In this document: piece by piece, positions 14,255 to 24,594 of the stretch | Layout of the letters: the number at the start of each line of letters is the position of its first letter | How positions within the stretch are numbered: the stretch's first letter is position 1 | DNA from: Ostreococcus lucimarinus | Taxonomy: Eukaryota | DNA: 64,000 nt | Reading direction: 5' to 3' (one strand) | Assembly (NCBI GenBank): GCA_000092065.1 | Contig: CP000581.1 | The notes under the pieces: model-generated | The model's input: only the letters and a program-made list of their open reading frames with translations | What the model was told of the DNA's origin: nothing | Databases searched by the model: none | Translations under genes and position numbers: made by a program

Positions 14255-15382
14255 ATGCGGGTCGTGGTGTTCGGCTCGGGGTCGTTCGGCACCGCGATGG
14301 CGAGCGTCGTGGCGAGGAACGCGCGCGAGGTGGTCATCGTGACGCGACGCGAGGACGTCGCGCGCGGGATAAACGACGCGCGCGCGAATCCGAGCCATCT
14401 GAGCGCGTTCGAGCTCGCGGCGAACGTCACGGCGACGACGGACGCGGACGAGGCGCTGCGAGGGGCGGACGCGATCGTGCACGCGATACCGATGCAGGGG
14501 ACGGAGGAATTCTTGATTGGCGTGCGGGACGCGGTGCGGGCGAGCGGCGCGCTCTTCGTGAACACGAGCAAGGGACTGCGCTCGGACACGCTTGAACTCA
14601 TGCACGAGGTGCTGGAGCGAGTGCTAGGGAGGGAACATCCGTGCGCGTTCTTCGGAGGACCGACGTTCGCGACGCAGTTGATGGACGGGACGCCGAGCGG
14701 CGGCGTCATGGCGGCGAAGGATTTGGCGCTCGCGAAACGCGCGGCGGCGTTGTTTTCGGGACCGAAGATGCGGGTGTATCCGAGCACGGACGTCGTGGGC
14801 GTGGAGATAGGCGGTGCGTTGAAGAATGTGATCGCGATCTTAGCGGGAGGGCTGGAGGGGATGGGGTTGGGGGTGAACGCGCAGACGTTGTTGGTGACGC
14901 GCGGATGCCGAGAGATGACGCGCCTGGGCGTCGCGATGGGGGCGAAGGAACACACGATGGCGGGGCTTTCGGGGATCGGTGACTTGATGCTGACGTGCTT
15001 GGGCGATGCGTCGCGCAATAAAGCCGTGGGAATCGCGTTCGGGCGAGGGAAGAAGATTCAAGATATTCTCAACGAACGCGCGCAGTCGCTTCAAGGCGTC
15101 GCCGAGGGCGTCGCCACGGCGCCCGCGGCGGAGCGCCTGGCTGAAAAGCTCGGTGTTTCGGCGCCCATGATGTCCACGTGCGCGCAGTGTCTACGCGGCG
15201 AACTCGACGCGAAGGGTGCGTTGGAGCAGTGCATGTCGCTGCCCATCAAGGAGGATGCACCGCTCGAGGAGAGAAAAAGCCTGTCGGAAAAGGCACGGCC
15301 GTTCGCGTCGCACGTCGTCGCCGCGCTCGCGGGCGCGCTGACGGCGACGGTTATGGGCGCAGGCAGGCGGCGCCGATCGTGA
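14255..15382 (+). CDS. NAD(P)+-dependent glycerol-3-phosphate dehydrogenase, GpsA/plastidial type
   Basis: MRVVVFGSGSFGTAMA… Rossmann N-terminus and GGALKNVIAILAGG / TLLVTRGCREM motifs typical of GpsA-family G3PDH. An in-frame upstream ATG at 13826 would add a 143-aa Ser/Ala/Arg-rich extension (possible transit peptide) that I cannot verify. Confidence 0.85.
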   Translation: MRVVVFGSGSFGTAMASVVARNAREVVIVTRREDVARGINDARANPSHLSAFELAANVTATTDADEALRGADAIVHAIPMQGTEEFLIGVRDAVRASGALFVNTSKGLRSDTLELMHEVLERVLGREHPCAFFGGPTFATQLMDGTPSGGVMAAKDLALAKRAAALFSGPKMRVYPSTDVVGVEIGGALKNVIAILAGGLEGMGLGVNAQTLLVTRGCREMTRLGVAMGAKEHTMAGLSGIGDLMLTCLGDASRNKAVGIAFGRGKKIQDILNERAQSLQGVAEGVATAPAAERLAEKLGVSAPMMSTCAQCLRGELDAKGALEQCMSLPIKEDAPLEERKSLSEKARPFASHVVAALAGALTATVMGAGRRRRS

Positions 15383-15437
15383 GTTACGAATTGCGAGTTG
15401 TGTATCAAGTATCATTGCTATCCCCTATCAACTAATT

Positions 15438-16487
15438 TCATTTGTCCTCGAGCGTTTTCATCGAAAAGATCTTCGTGAGCACCTCGTGAGCGTCGTCGAC
15501 GACGCGCAACGTAGTCTCCGTGCCGAGACCGCCGTCGCTCGCAAAATCTAAGAGATATTCGCACACGCGTGCGACATCGGCTCGATTCTCTGGAACCATG
15601 GTCTTGAGCGTACGAAGGTGACTCGACACGCGAGACATTGACTCGGTCATCGCGCGGGTATCTTTTTGATAATTCTTCAGCTCGGCGATGACAGCCTCGT
15701 CATCTGCATCTTTGATCGCGTCTGCGGCGGCGTACGTGTTCAACTTCATCACACGCACGGAGCATGCGACCGAAAGGCGCAATATAAGCGCTCTCAAGGC
15801 CATGCAACGGAAGCTAAAGTCGGCATTCCGTCCCATTTCAGTCGCGTAGCACGTCGAGCAAACCTTTTCGACAAACAAGGCGAAATCGACGTCGCCGCGA
15901 TAGTTCATCTTCTTCTTTTCCTGATCGCTTGTTCGCGCCGCCGCCTCAACGAAACTTATCACGCTCTCGGCGTACGTCTTCATCATGCGCAGCTTTGTCG
16001 CGGGATCATTCTTCTCCTTTCTCGCCGCCCACAAACCGTCCGCAAACTTTTTCAACGCCTTCGCATCTGCGTGCGGATTTCCATTGCCACCCATCCCACT
16101 TTCGATCCCACCCCCAACGCGTTCGCACGCGACCATGTTTTCGTTCTGGTCGCTACTTTTCGTCGCGCTCGGCGTCGGTGCGCCATCTCGCGTCACCGCG
16201 TCGTCCCGTTCCGACGTCTCCGGCGTCGTCTTCTTCGCCACTCGCCCTCGTCCCCACGACCCGTACGAGCTCGCGCTCGGCGTGCTCGCGCCGTGCGCTC
16301 CCGGCGGCGTGGATTGATTCTCTCGCTCGTCGTCGTCGTCGTTGCCGACGTCATCGCCGCAGCACAGCTCGCCCTCTTCCATCGGGCGTCGTCGCTTTTG
16401 AATTTTGAATCCACGAGATTTTAAATCCATCGCGCGCGCGTCCGCGTCGAGCGGCGTCGCGAGCTCGACGAGCGCTGCGGACGACAT
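15438..16487 (-). CDS. Hypothetical helical protein (no family recognised)
   Basis: Start ATG 16487 is residue 169 of ORF 15438..16991. The upstream part of the ORF would overlap the neighbouring gene, so it is rejected. Acidic N-terminal region followed by a C-terminal all-helical domain. Confidence 0.45.
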   Translation of the reverse strand: MSSAALVELATPLDADARAMDLKSRGFKIQKRRRPMEEGELCCGDDVGNDDDDERENQSTPPGAHGASTPSASSYGSWGRGRVAKKTTPETSERDDAVTRDGAPTPSATKSSDQNENMVACERVGGGIESGMGGNGNPHADAKALKKFADGLWAARKEKNDPATKLRMMKTYAESVISFVEAAARTSDQEKKKMNYRGDVDFALFVEKVCSTCYATEMGRNADFSFRCMALRALILRLSVACSVRVMKLNTYAAADAIKDADDEAVIAELKNYQKDTRAMTESMSRVSSHLRTLKTMVPENRADVARVCEYLLDFASDGGLGTETTLRVVDDAHEVLTKIFSMKTLEDK

Positions 16488-16617
16488 GTTATTTCGTACG
16501 CGCGATCTGTTCGCGGTCGCGGCGCGCGCGTGCGTCGGGCGCGCGCGGGTGTGGCGAGGCCCGTGGCGTCGAGCGCGACTGTAACTGTCTGCGGCGCTAA
16601 ACTCAAATACGCTATAG

Positions 16618-17430
16618 TCAAATCCCGCCGCTAAGCGCGCGCATGGAGCCGTGGAGCTCATCGATGAACGCCAGCCACGATCGACACTTGTCGACGTCGG
16701 TTTCATCGCGCAGAGCGCCGCGAGCCTGCGCGAGTTTTTCTTCCAGGGCGCGAAGCGTCCTGAGCGACGACTCCTCGATTTCGTCGTCCACGCGCGATTG
16801 CCTACCGACGCGACTCTTTCCGTCGCGCGCGGCCGCCGTACCCGGAGGTGGTTTTGGCGCCGAAACCGTCGCCCCCATCGCGCGCGTCGCGCTCTCGCCC
16901 TTTCGAACGAACATTTCGTGGCGAACGCAAAACGATTCGCCCGCCCGGTTCCGCACGAGCGGCGCCGAGCACGACGACACCGGGCACACATCGTTCGTCA
17001 GCGTCCAACCCATGAGCATTTTCTCCGCGACGCGTCCCGACACGTCCACGACGCCGTCGCGCAGGACCAAGCCGTCGATCCCGCCGTCGATGCGCGTCGC
17101 GTCCTCGCGCGCCGACGGCGACCTCGCGTCGTCCGCGTCGCCGTCCTCCTCCTCCGACGTCCCGACCTCGCGCGCGCGCGCGCCGTCGCGATCACGCGCG
17201 TCCTCGTCCTCGTCGCTCTCCGCCTCCCACGCGTCCACCGCGCCGCTCCGCGCGCCGTGCTCGACGTCGTCGAGTCGCACCGACGCGTCGCCACCGGCGC
17301 AGTAAAACGTCGCGTCCGTCGCGCGCTCGCGCATCAGCGGCGTCCCGCACCGGGCCACCGGGCAGCGCTCTGCCGTGAGCGTCCATCCGCGCAGCAGTCG
17401 CGCGGCGATGCGCGCGGAGGCGTCGCTCAT
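16618..17430 (-). CDS. Protein with two SSSCA1/p27-like zinc-ribbon repeats
   Basis: Two copies of (A/E)(R/K)(L/M)L(R/M)GWTLT(A/N)(E/D)(R/V)CPV…C…PL(M/V)R.R, resembling the Sjogren/scleroderma autoantigen-1 zinc ribbon. Confidence 0.6.
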   Translation of the reverse strand: MSDASARIAARLLRGWTLTAERCPVARCGTPLMRERATDATFYCAGGDASVRLDDVEHGARSGAVDAWEAESDEDEDARDRDGARAREVGTSEEEDGDADDARSPSAREDATRIDGGIDGLVLRDGVVDVSGRVAEKMLMGWTLTNDVCPVSSCSAPLVRNRAGESFCVRHEMFVRKGESATRAMGATVSAPKPPPGTAAARDGKSRVGRQSRVDDEIEESSLRTLRALEEKLAQARGALRDETDVDKCRSWLAFIDELHGSMRALSGGI

Positions 17431-17471
17431 CCGCGACTCGAACTGCCGTCGCCGTCACTCGCGCGCGCGAG

Positions 17472-18910
17472 ATGCGACCGTCGTTGTGGCTCGTCGCGCT
17501 CGGCGCGAGCGCGCTCGGCGCGCCGCGAAGGGAGTACGATCACCAGGTGCGCGAGCGACGCGCACGACGCGCTCGAGCGACGCGCGCGCGCGCGCGCGCG
17601 GCGCGGATTCAAAAGTGAGCACCTCTCGGTGTCTCTCGGAACTGACGACGACGCGCGCGCAGAACGACACGTACGCGCCGCGGTTCCGCGAGTTCGTCGC
17701 GGCGGCGGACGCGCGCGTCGGATTGACGCCGTTCTTTTCGCCGGACACGAGCGCGGACGCGAGCGCGTCGCTCGTGCGCGAGGCGAGGGAAAGCGTGGAC
17801 GTCTTCGCGCCCGCGGTGGAATCGTGGAGCGGGTGCGGCGCGACGAAATCGGGGTGCGCGGGATGCGCGCCGGACCGCGTTCGCGCGAACGAAGCGTTCG
17901 TGTTGTTTCGAGAGCTGCTGAACGCGGCGCATCGAGGCGTGCGGGTGCGGTTGTTGACGAATCGGTTCGATAGCGTTCGAGAGTGTGCGGGCGCGGTTTC
18001 CGTGCTGAGCTACTTCGCGGAGAATTTCGACGTGCGCACGTACACCAGTACGACGTTCATGCACGCGAAGGCGATGATCGTCGATAATAACGTCACCGCG
18101 ATAAGCTCGGTAAACTGGTCGAAGTCGAGTTACTTGGAAAACAGAGAAGCCGGCGTCGTCGCGAGAAGTAAGAGCGTCGCGGAATTCGCGGGCGAGGTGT
18201 TTGAATACGACTGGAGCGTAGCCGAAGTTTGGCGAATGCCGGCAAACGATGGAATCAGCGAGGATGAGATTCAACGAATGAAATCGAGCGAGTGGCTCGA
18301 GCCTTTTCCGATACCATCGAGAAACATCTCCGCGCCGCATTACTCGCCGAAGAAACTGCGTGAGACGTGGTGTAAGGGCGCCGCGGTCAAGGTGAGTGTG
18401 AGCCCAGACGCAGGCGCGGCGACCATGCTCGAGGCGATGAACGCAAGTGCGACGCTGGACATTTACACATACCAAATTACGGACGATTTCTTCGCGTCAA
18501 GGCTATTGAAACTGGCTGATGCCGGCGTAATCGTGCGAATCGTGTTGTCGCGCGCCATCTTTTCCGACGTCGATAGAAAGCTATCCGCAAGTCTCGTCGA
18601 CAAGATGCGCGAGAATGAAAAAATCGTATTTCGCTCATCGCCGCGATATTATCGTTACGCACATTTGAAGATTATGATCGTGGATCGTGGACGCGAGGGT
18701 GAACGCGTCGTCTTGGCGACGGGAAATTTGTCGCCAAGCGATTTGCCGCTCCCAGTCCGTCCATTTCTCCCGTTGCACAAGGGCGGTGCATCCATCAACC
18801 GTGACTTCGAGATCGTGATGCACGACGCAAATATTGTGGAACAGTTTCAAAACTTATTCGACGGAGATATGGCGTACACCTCGCCGTATCGCCGACCGTC
18901 GAAGTTCTGA
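17472..18910 (+). CDS. Secreted/endomembrane phospholipase-D-superfamily protein (PLD3/4-like, two HKD motifs), 2 exons
   Basis: Exon 1 (17472..17546) encodes a signal peptide (MRPSLWLVALGASALGAPRREYDHQ) in a frame not listed in the ORF track. GTGCGC donor; ACTGAC box (A at 17645); acceptor CAG ends at 17662. Exon 2 (17663..18910) contains HAKAMIVDNNVTAISSVNWS and HLKIMIVDRG…ATGNLS HKD motifs. Confidence 0.8.
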
Positions 18911-19019
18911 GGAGAAAGTTTTAGTACGGTTTTAGTACGCCTAAACACGTAGTAACAATCAATGCTGCGGTTGTAGCTATGCGCAGCGACTATAGAAATG
19001 GTAAAATACAGCAACGACA

Positions 19020-19655
19020 TTATGACGACTTGACCGCACGCTTCTCCCTCTCCTCCATCTTATGCATCACTTTGCGCGTAGCAATCAACCCGATAATCAA
19101 CCCACACCCGACGACGAGCAACCCTCGGCTCCCTCTGCTAACCTTGCCTTCGACAATTCCAGCCCCCAAAGCGCTCTTCACGGACGACACCGTGTTCGAC
19201 TTTGCCGCTCTCCTCGCCGCGAGTAACTCTTCCAGCGTCTGATGCGCCTCAGCGTCGAACGCCCGTCCCGACGCACGCCGCTGCGTCCCGCTCGCCGCCG
19301 CGTTGATTTCATTCCACTCCCTCGCCGGTGCTACCCCGGACGACTTCATCGCGCTTCGCTCACGCCACGCTCGCGCGGCATCTAACCTCGCGCGCATCCC
19401 GGGGCCGTAGACTTCGTCTTGAGGATCCGCCTCGGCGCCGCGACGTTTCAAAAGTGCTTCATAGGCAGCCTTGAGGGCGTGAAACTCTTCCTCCGTCGTG
19501 GTGCCGTCGCTCGTGTCGGGATGAAGCACGCGCGCGCGCGCGCGAAACGCCTTTTTTATTTCATCCACGGCTGCGCCTTTGGCGACGCCGAGGACGACGT
19601 GGGGGTCGTCCGCCTTCGGCATAGCGCTCCGGGCAGTGACGCGCGGGAGCGACAT
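19020..19655 (-). CDS. DnaJ (J-domain) protein with C-terminal transmembrane anchor
   Basis: HPD tripeptide in the J-domain (…ARARVLHPDTSDG…) and a C-terminal hydrophobic segment (LLVVGCGLIIGLIATRKV). Confidence 0.8.
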   Translation of the reverse strand: MSLPRVTARSAMPKADDPHVVLGVAKGAAVDEIKKAFRARARVLHPDTSDGTTTEEEFHALKAAYEALLKRRGAEADPQDEVYGPGMRARLDAARAWRERSAMKSSGVAPAREWNEINAAASGTQRRASGRAFDAEAHQTLEELLAARRAAKSNTVSSVKSALGAGIVEGKVSRGSRGLLVVGCGLIIGLIATRKVMHKMEEREKRAVKSS

Positions 19656-19794
19656 CGGGCATCTTCCGAATCATTCGCGTCGATCCTGACGACGTTGAAG
19701 AGGACGAGTTGCTAACGAGTATAATCCAAAGTGTCTAATCCTAATCCTAGTCGCGCGCGCTGAGTCGCGCGCGATGTCGCCTTAAACGAACTCT

Positions 19795-20730
19795 CTACAG
19801 AGCGCTCATACCGAAACGCTCGCGCAAATATTCGGCGACGACGAACGTCACCACTGTTTGCGGTCCGAGTCGCATGTAATTCGCGCTGAAGCCCCTAAAT
19901 AATCCAAACGGGCCGTACCGAGCGAGAACGTCGACGAGCGTGCCTCTGACCGTCGGCGCGTTCGCGCCGCCGCTTGCCGCAGCGTTCGCGACGTACAGCC
20001 GCGTCTTCAGCATATCCACTGGATTCGTCGTCGCCGTCGTCACCACCCCCGTCAACATCGCCACCGCGAAGTGCAATCGCCACTTCGCGCCGTCGGCGTC
20101 GACGAGCCCGAGGTCGACGACGCGACGTTTCACCTCCCCGTACGTCGCCACCTGCGTCGCCGTGAGCACCGCGGACCTCATCATCGCCAACCCGCTCCCG
20201 CGCCAAAGCCCACCCACGCCGCCCTCGCGCACGACCGCTCGCAAGTGTCCCACCAACGTCGTCGACGCCCCCGCCTCGGTCTGCATGCGCGTCTTGAGCA
20301 ATTCCGTTGGATTCAGCGCCGCCGCCGCGAACGCTCCGCTCGCCGCCCCCGCGAGCAGTCTCGTCGCCACCCTCGGCGCGCCCTCGCGCTCGCGCTCCAC
20401 CGCGGGCGCCACCACTCGCAGCATCGGATCGTACAGCCCCAATCGGCACCCCCCGTACAGCGCCGCGCGCGTCAGCGCCGGCGAAATCCCTCGCCAAAAC
20501 GTCCCCAGTCCCTCCCTTCGCCCGACGTCGAGCGCCGTCCCCACGAGCGCGCCCGCGCGCCTTCGCGCGCTCGTCTGCATGCGCACCTTGATCACGTCCA
20601 GCGGGTTCGTCACCGTCGTCGCGCACATCACCGCGACGCCGCTGACGGCGACGTTCGCGGCGACGCCCGGCTCGACGCCATCGCGAGGCCGCATTGTGAC
20701 GCGTCGCGTCGCGCCGCCGCGCGCCGCCAT
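19795..20730 (-). CDS. Mitochondrial carrier family protein (UCP/dicarboxylate-carrier-like)
   Basis: Three Mitochondrial-carrier signature repeats: PLDVIKVRMQ, PTELLKTRMQ, PVDMLKTRL. Start ATG 20730 is residue 225 of ORF 19795..21402. Confidence 0.85.
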   Translation of the reverse strand: MAARGGATRRVTMRPRDGVEPGVAANVAVSGVAVMCATTVTNPLDVIKVRMQTSARRRAGALVGTALDVGRREGLGTFWRGISPALTRAALYGGCRLGLYDPMLRVVAPAVEREREGAPRVATRLLAGAASGAFAAAALNPTELLKTRMQTEAGASTTLVGHLRAVVREGGVGGLWRGSGLAMMRSAVLTATQVATYGEVKRRVVDLGLVDADGAKWRLHFAVAMLTGVVTTATTNPVDMLKTRLYVANAAASGGANAPTVRGTLVDVLARYGPFGLFRGFSANYMRLGPQTVVTFVVAEYLRERFGMSAL

Positions 20731-23353
20731 GTCGGACCTGTTCGCCAGGCTCAGCGCGCAGAAACCGCGCGAGCGCGCGCGTCGCGCGTCCGGCGCGCTC
20801 TCGCGATCGACGCGCGAAGCGGCGCGCGACGGCGGCGACGCGACGGTTGATGTCGAAGCGACGCCGTCGGCGTCGACGCGAAAGCGCGCGCTCGGACCGT
20901 CGGTGTCCATCGTCGGCGACGCGCCGTCGGACGAGGTGGTGTCGAAAGCGGTGCCGGTGCCGCGAACGGCGTCGACGGGGCGACCGCCGCTGCGAGCGGT
21001 GGGCGTGAACGGACGGACGAGCGCGGGGACGACGCGCGAGGGGAACAAACGCGGCGACGCGAGGAGCGAGAGCGAGAGCGACGGGGAGACGAGCGGTGAT
21101 TTGATGTTCGACGCGGAGAGAAGCCGAACGTCGTCGATGTCCGCGGGATCGACGCGCGAGGAGGAGGATCGAGCGACGGAACCGCTGCCGAGGAAGACGA
21201 ACGCGAGGCGGACGACGCGAACGCCGGTGACGACGGCGCGGTTCGACGAACAGTTGAAGCTCGCGGAGGCGACGAAACGGTGCCTGAGGGAGACGATGGT
21301 TTCTATTCGTGCGAATGGTCTCGATCCAGCGCGCGTGTTCGCGTCGTTGGCGAAACAGACGCCGGGAGGTGGTGGTTCGTTCGAGGCGTTGGCGCGCGCC
21401 ATCGACGCGCTGTCGCCGACAAAGCCGACGAAGGGGAAGCGCTTGAGCTTTTCTACGGCGGAGACGCAGACGCCGGTGACAGTGATGCGAGACGCGGCCT
21501 GTGATGTGAGCGAAGATGCCAGTTTTGATTCGGCGGGCGAAAGTTTCGAGGCGACGGCGGAAGAAGAGGAAGTTGTCGAAGAGGAAGGGACTTTTCCGAC
21601 GTGCGATTGCGGCGCGGCGGACTGTACTTTGGTGAAAATGCACGCGCGCGGCGGGCCTTTCGCGCTCTTAGATCACACTCGAACGGTTTCGTCGATCGAG
21701 TCCGAATCCATCGCGGAGACGGATGACGAAAACGACGCCGACGACGAATCGGTGGCTGGAACGGAGGTCGACGACTTGGACGATTTAGACGACGCCATGG
21801 ACGCGCTCGATTTGAACACTCGAAAGGATGACCTCGACGAAGATCAGACGGCTTTGACTGAGTCAGAAGTCGTTGAAGATGAAACGATCGAACCCATCGT
21901 GAAGTTCGGGACGCATATACGATTCGACGATTCGATCGTCGTCGATTCACCTCAAGTTGCCGGTGGTCGCGACGAAGTTGAAGCTTTGAAAGGTGAGCCG
22001 GAGTTGCCTACCGCGAAGATCGAAAATCACGTTCGATTCGAAGATTCAACTGCTTCAGATTCACCTGCCGTCGCTAGCGTTCGTCGTCCACGAGCGCGCG
22101 AGAGACGGCGCAAGGTTATTCTTGACAGCGACGCCGAGGACGAGAGCGAGTCGGACGAAGTCACGCTCAACGACGACGACAATGATGACGATGAAGCATC
22201 GGAAGAAGATCAGGACGCACCCGTGGTGAATACGCGACCACGCCGCATCGCAGCGCGGAAGCCACTCGTGCCTCGCAACGCTTTCGTGGACGATGATTTA
22301 TCCGGAAGTGAAGATTTTGATGACATCGATGACGAACTTCACTCTAGCGACGATGATTTCATCGACGACGACGACGACTCGTACGCGGATGATGATGCGG
22401 TGGAATACGACAGTGACGAAGAAAACGTGACACCAGTGCCGCGAAAGCCATCAAGTAAGATTGACGTGGCTAAGGAAATGAACGATAAGCTCGTCATCGA
22501 CGAGTACAGCCCGTCGAATCTGCACACGCCGACGCCACCAAAGGAGCTCTCGCCGACGTCTGCAGTGAAAGCGTTCAGACCACCACCTTCGCACAGTAAG
22601 GCTCTTCAGTCTGCGATTAAGAGCGTGACCAAGAATGGTGTTCAAAAGTTGAACTTTAATCGAGACAAGGACGCCATCACCGCTGCGCTATTCGCAGAGT
22701 TCAACGAAAAGGTGTTCGATGCCGAGCTTCCGTCGGACTTTGAAGTGACGTGGAACAAGAAGCTGCTGACCACGGCGGGCCTGACACATTACAAACGTTC
22801 AACGAAATCTGGTGAGACAACGTACAGCGCGCGCATCGAACTATCCAACAAGGTGCTGGACACAGTTGAAAAACTCGAATCCACGTTGCTCCACGAGATG
22901 TGTCACGCCTCCGCTTGGCTCGTCGACAAGACCGCGAAACCACCTCACGGGCCGGTGTTTAAGAAGTGGGCTAGTCAAGCGATGAAAGTTTATCCCGAGA
23001 CGAACGTCAGTACGTGCCACGCGTACACGATCCATCAGCCGTACAAATGGCGTTGCACCAGAGACTGGTGTCAACAAGAGTACGGCCGTCACAGCAAGTC
23101 AATCGATATCACGAAAAAGGCGTGTGGTGCGTGCGGGGGGAAGTTGGAGTACCTTGGCAAGTTCAAGAAGAATGGGGACGAAGTAGCCGCTCGAGCACCG
23201 ACGGCTTTTTCGTTGTTCGTGAAGGAGCACTTCAAATCCACCAAGAACGCTCTCGGCGCTTCGACTCCGCACAAAGACGTCATGAAACATTTATCACAGC
23301 GATGGAAAAATGAAACGGGCAAAGACGAAGTGATTGAACTCACCGACGAATGA
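20729..23353 (+). CDS. GCNA/ACRC-like protein: acidic disordered region + SprT-type zinc metalloprotease + zinc ribbon + HMG box
   Basis: Start ATG 20729 is residue 264 of ORF 19940..23353; the upstream part of that ORF is antisense to the carrier gene. HEMCH zinc-binding motif in a SprT-like domain (LESTLLHEMCHASAWLVD), a CGACGGK zinc ribbon, and a C-terminal HMG box (APTAFSLFVKEHF…HKDVMKHLSQRWK). Long D/E-rich IDR in between. Confidence 0.75.
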   Translation: MSDLFARLSAQKPRERARRASGALSRSTREAARDGGDATVDVEATPSASTRKRALGPSVSIVGDAPSDEVVSKAVPVPRTASTGRPPLRAVGVNGRTSAGTTREGNKRGDARSESESDGETSGDLMFDAERSRTSSMSAGSTREEEDRATEPLPRKTNARRTTRTPVTTARFDEQLKLAEATKRCLRETMVSIRANGLDPARVFASLAKQTPGGGGSFEALARAIDALSPTKPTKGKRLSFSTAETQTPVTVMRDAACDVSEDASFDSAGESFEATAEEEEVVEEEGTFPTCDCGAADCTLVKMHARGGPFALLDHTRTVSSIESESIAETDDENDADDESVAGTEVDDLDDLDDAMDALDLNTRKDDLDEDQTALTESEVVEDETIEPIVKFGTHIRFDDSIVVDSPQVAGGRDEVEALKGEPELPTAKIENHVRFEDSTASDSPAVASVRRPRARERRRKVILDSDAEDESESDEVTLNDDDNDDDEASEEDQDAPVVNTRPRRIAARKPLVPRNAFVDDDLSGSEDFDDIDDELHSSDDDFIDDDDDSYADDDAVEYDSDEENVTPVPRKPSSKIDVAKEMNDKLVIDEYSPSNLHTPTPPKELSPTSAVKAFRPPPSHSKALQSAIKSVTKNGVQKLNFNRDKDAITAALFAEFNEKVFDAELPSDFEVTWNKKLLTTAGLTHYKRSTKSGETTYSARIELSNKVLDTVEKLESTLLHEMCHASAWLVDKTAKPPHGPVFKKWASQAMKVYPETNVSTCHAYTIHQPYKWRCTRDWCQQEYGRHSKSIDITKKACGACGGKLEYLGKFKKNGDEVAARAPTAFSLFVKEHFKSTKNALGASTPHKDVMKHLSQRWKNETGKDEVIELTDE

Positions 23354-23597
23354 TGACATGATGACTCAGAAATTCGCTCGCGAGCACAGAGCGCGCGACA
23401 GGTGTCCGTTCGTTGTAGAACACGAGCGTAGAGGGTCGGCGCGGAATGATAGCGTGAATAGCATTCGATAAACATTGAAACAAAGATTGATAATCAAGCA
23501 TCCAGGTCCTCGTAACACGTAAGGTACCACATCGGAGCATCGGATGCAACATGAATGAATGGCGTCTAGTGGAGCGCTCTAATAAAAGAATCTATGA

Positions 23598-24191
23598 TCA
23601 CATCGCCGGAACTTGGAAGTCTGACGCGTTCGGCGGCACGGCGCGACGAGTGACGGTTTGGATAACTTGACGAAGCATTTGGTTCTCTCTTTCCAGAGTC
23701 GTCACGCGGTTTTCCAACTCGTGCAATCGGTTCGCCTTTTGCGCCTCCGTTTGTTCCAAAGACGCGAGATACGCCTTTTTCCGTTCTCGCGCTTGCTGCG
23801 CCGACACGCGGTTTCGCAACAAACGCTTGAGCCGTTTTCTCTCCTTCTCATCCGTGATCGTGTTCAATCGTTCCTCGTCCGCCTTCACGCTCAGCGCCGT
23901 GTTCCCGTGCGGAATGTGCATCGAGTTTCGTCCGACGTACCCCATCCCGAACCCACCCTGATTCGCCGCCGCCCGTCCCCCTCGCGCCGTCGGCTTGCTC
24001 ACCGCCCCGCTCGGCGGCGTCCCGCTCCCTCGCGCCCCCGCCCCCGCGCGCTTCGCCCGTCCGCTCCCGCCGCTCCCCGCCGTCATTCCGGTCGACGTGC
24101 TCGCGCTCGACGTCTGATTCACCGCCTGAAACGTCTGAAACGTCGACGTGAACGCGCTCCGCTCCGTGCTTCGCGCGCCCACCAGTGGCAT
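23598..24191 (-). CDS. HY5: bZIP transcription factor, HY5-type
   Basis: Basic region [24 protein letters not shown] followed by a leucine zipper. This is near-identical to the plant HY5/HYH basic region. Confidence 0.8.
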   Translation of the reverse strand: MPLVGARSTERSAFTSTFQTFQAVNQTSSASTSTGMTAGSGGSGRAKRAGAGARGSGTPPSGAVSKPTARGGRAAANQGGFGMGYVGRNSMHIPHGNTALSVKADEERLNTITDEKERKRLKRLLRNRVSAQQARERKKAYLASLEQTEAQKANRLHELENRVTTLERENQMLRQVIQTVTRRAVPPNASDFQVPAM

Positions 24192-24594
24192 TTACGTGCG
24201 CGTCCCGCGCGCGTCGTCGCGTCGTCGTCGCGTCCGCCGTCGCGCGTCCGTCTTTGCGCGCGTCGAGGCGAGCGCGCGTTCGCGTCTTTGCGCGCGTCGA
24301 GGCGCGCGTGCGGGCGCGCGTCGGTCGGCGCCGCGCGTCGTCGTGTGCGCGCGTCGCGCCGAGGGCGTGACGTCATCGCGCGTCGACGTCGCGAGATCGA
24401 GATCGAGATCGCGACCGGGATGGGAGACGGGACACCTCCGGGGTCCGCGAAACAGTGTTTAGATTACAGGCTATGAAGGACGCGACGCGCGCGAACGAGC
24501 GAGGACGCGCCGGAGACGCGATGGTCGGCGGGTCCTCGCGCGCGCGCGCGCGAGGACGTCGAGGGCGGGAACTAGAGTGGGACGCGCGAGACGC

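Noticed and set aside
18930-19000. Possible tRNA-like sequence in the PLD/DnaJ convergent spacer (…gctgcggttgtagctatgcgcagcgactatag…)
   Set aside because: No T-loop (GTTCRANYC) or D-loop consensus and no acceptor-stem complementarity. Most likely 3' UTR.
19940-20728. 263-aa N-terminal extension of the 1137-aa ORF 19940..23353
   Set aside because: Antisense to the mitochondrial-carrier CDS with no homology. The GCNA-like protein starts at the first ATG, 20729.
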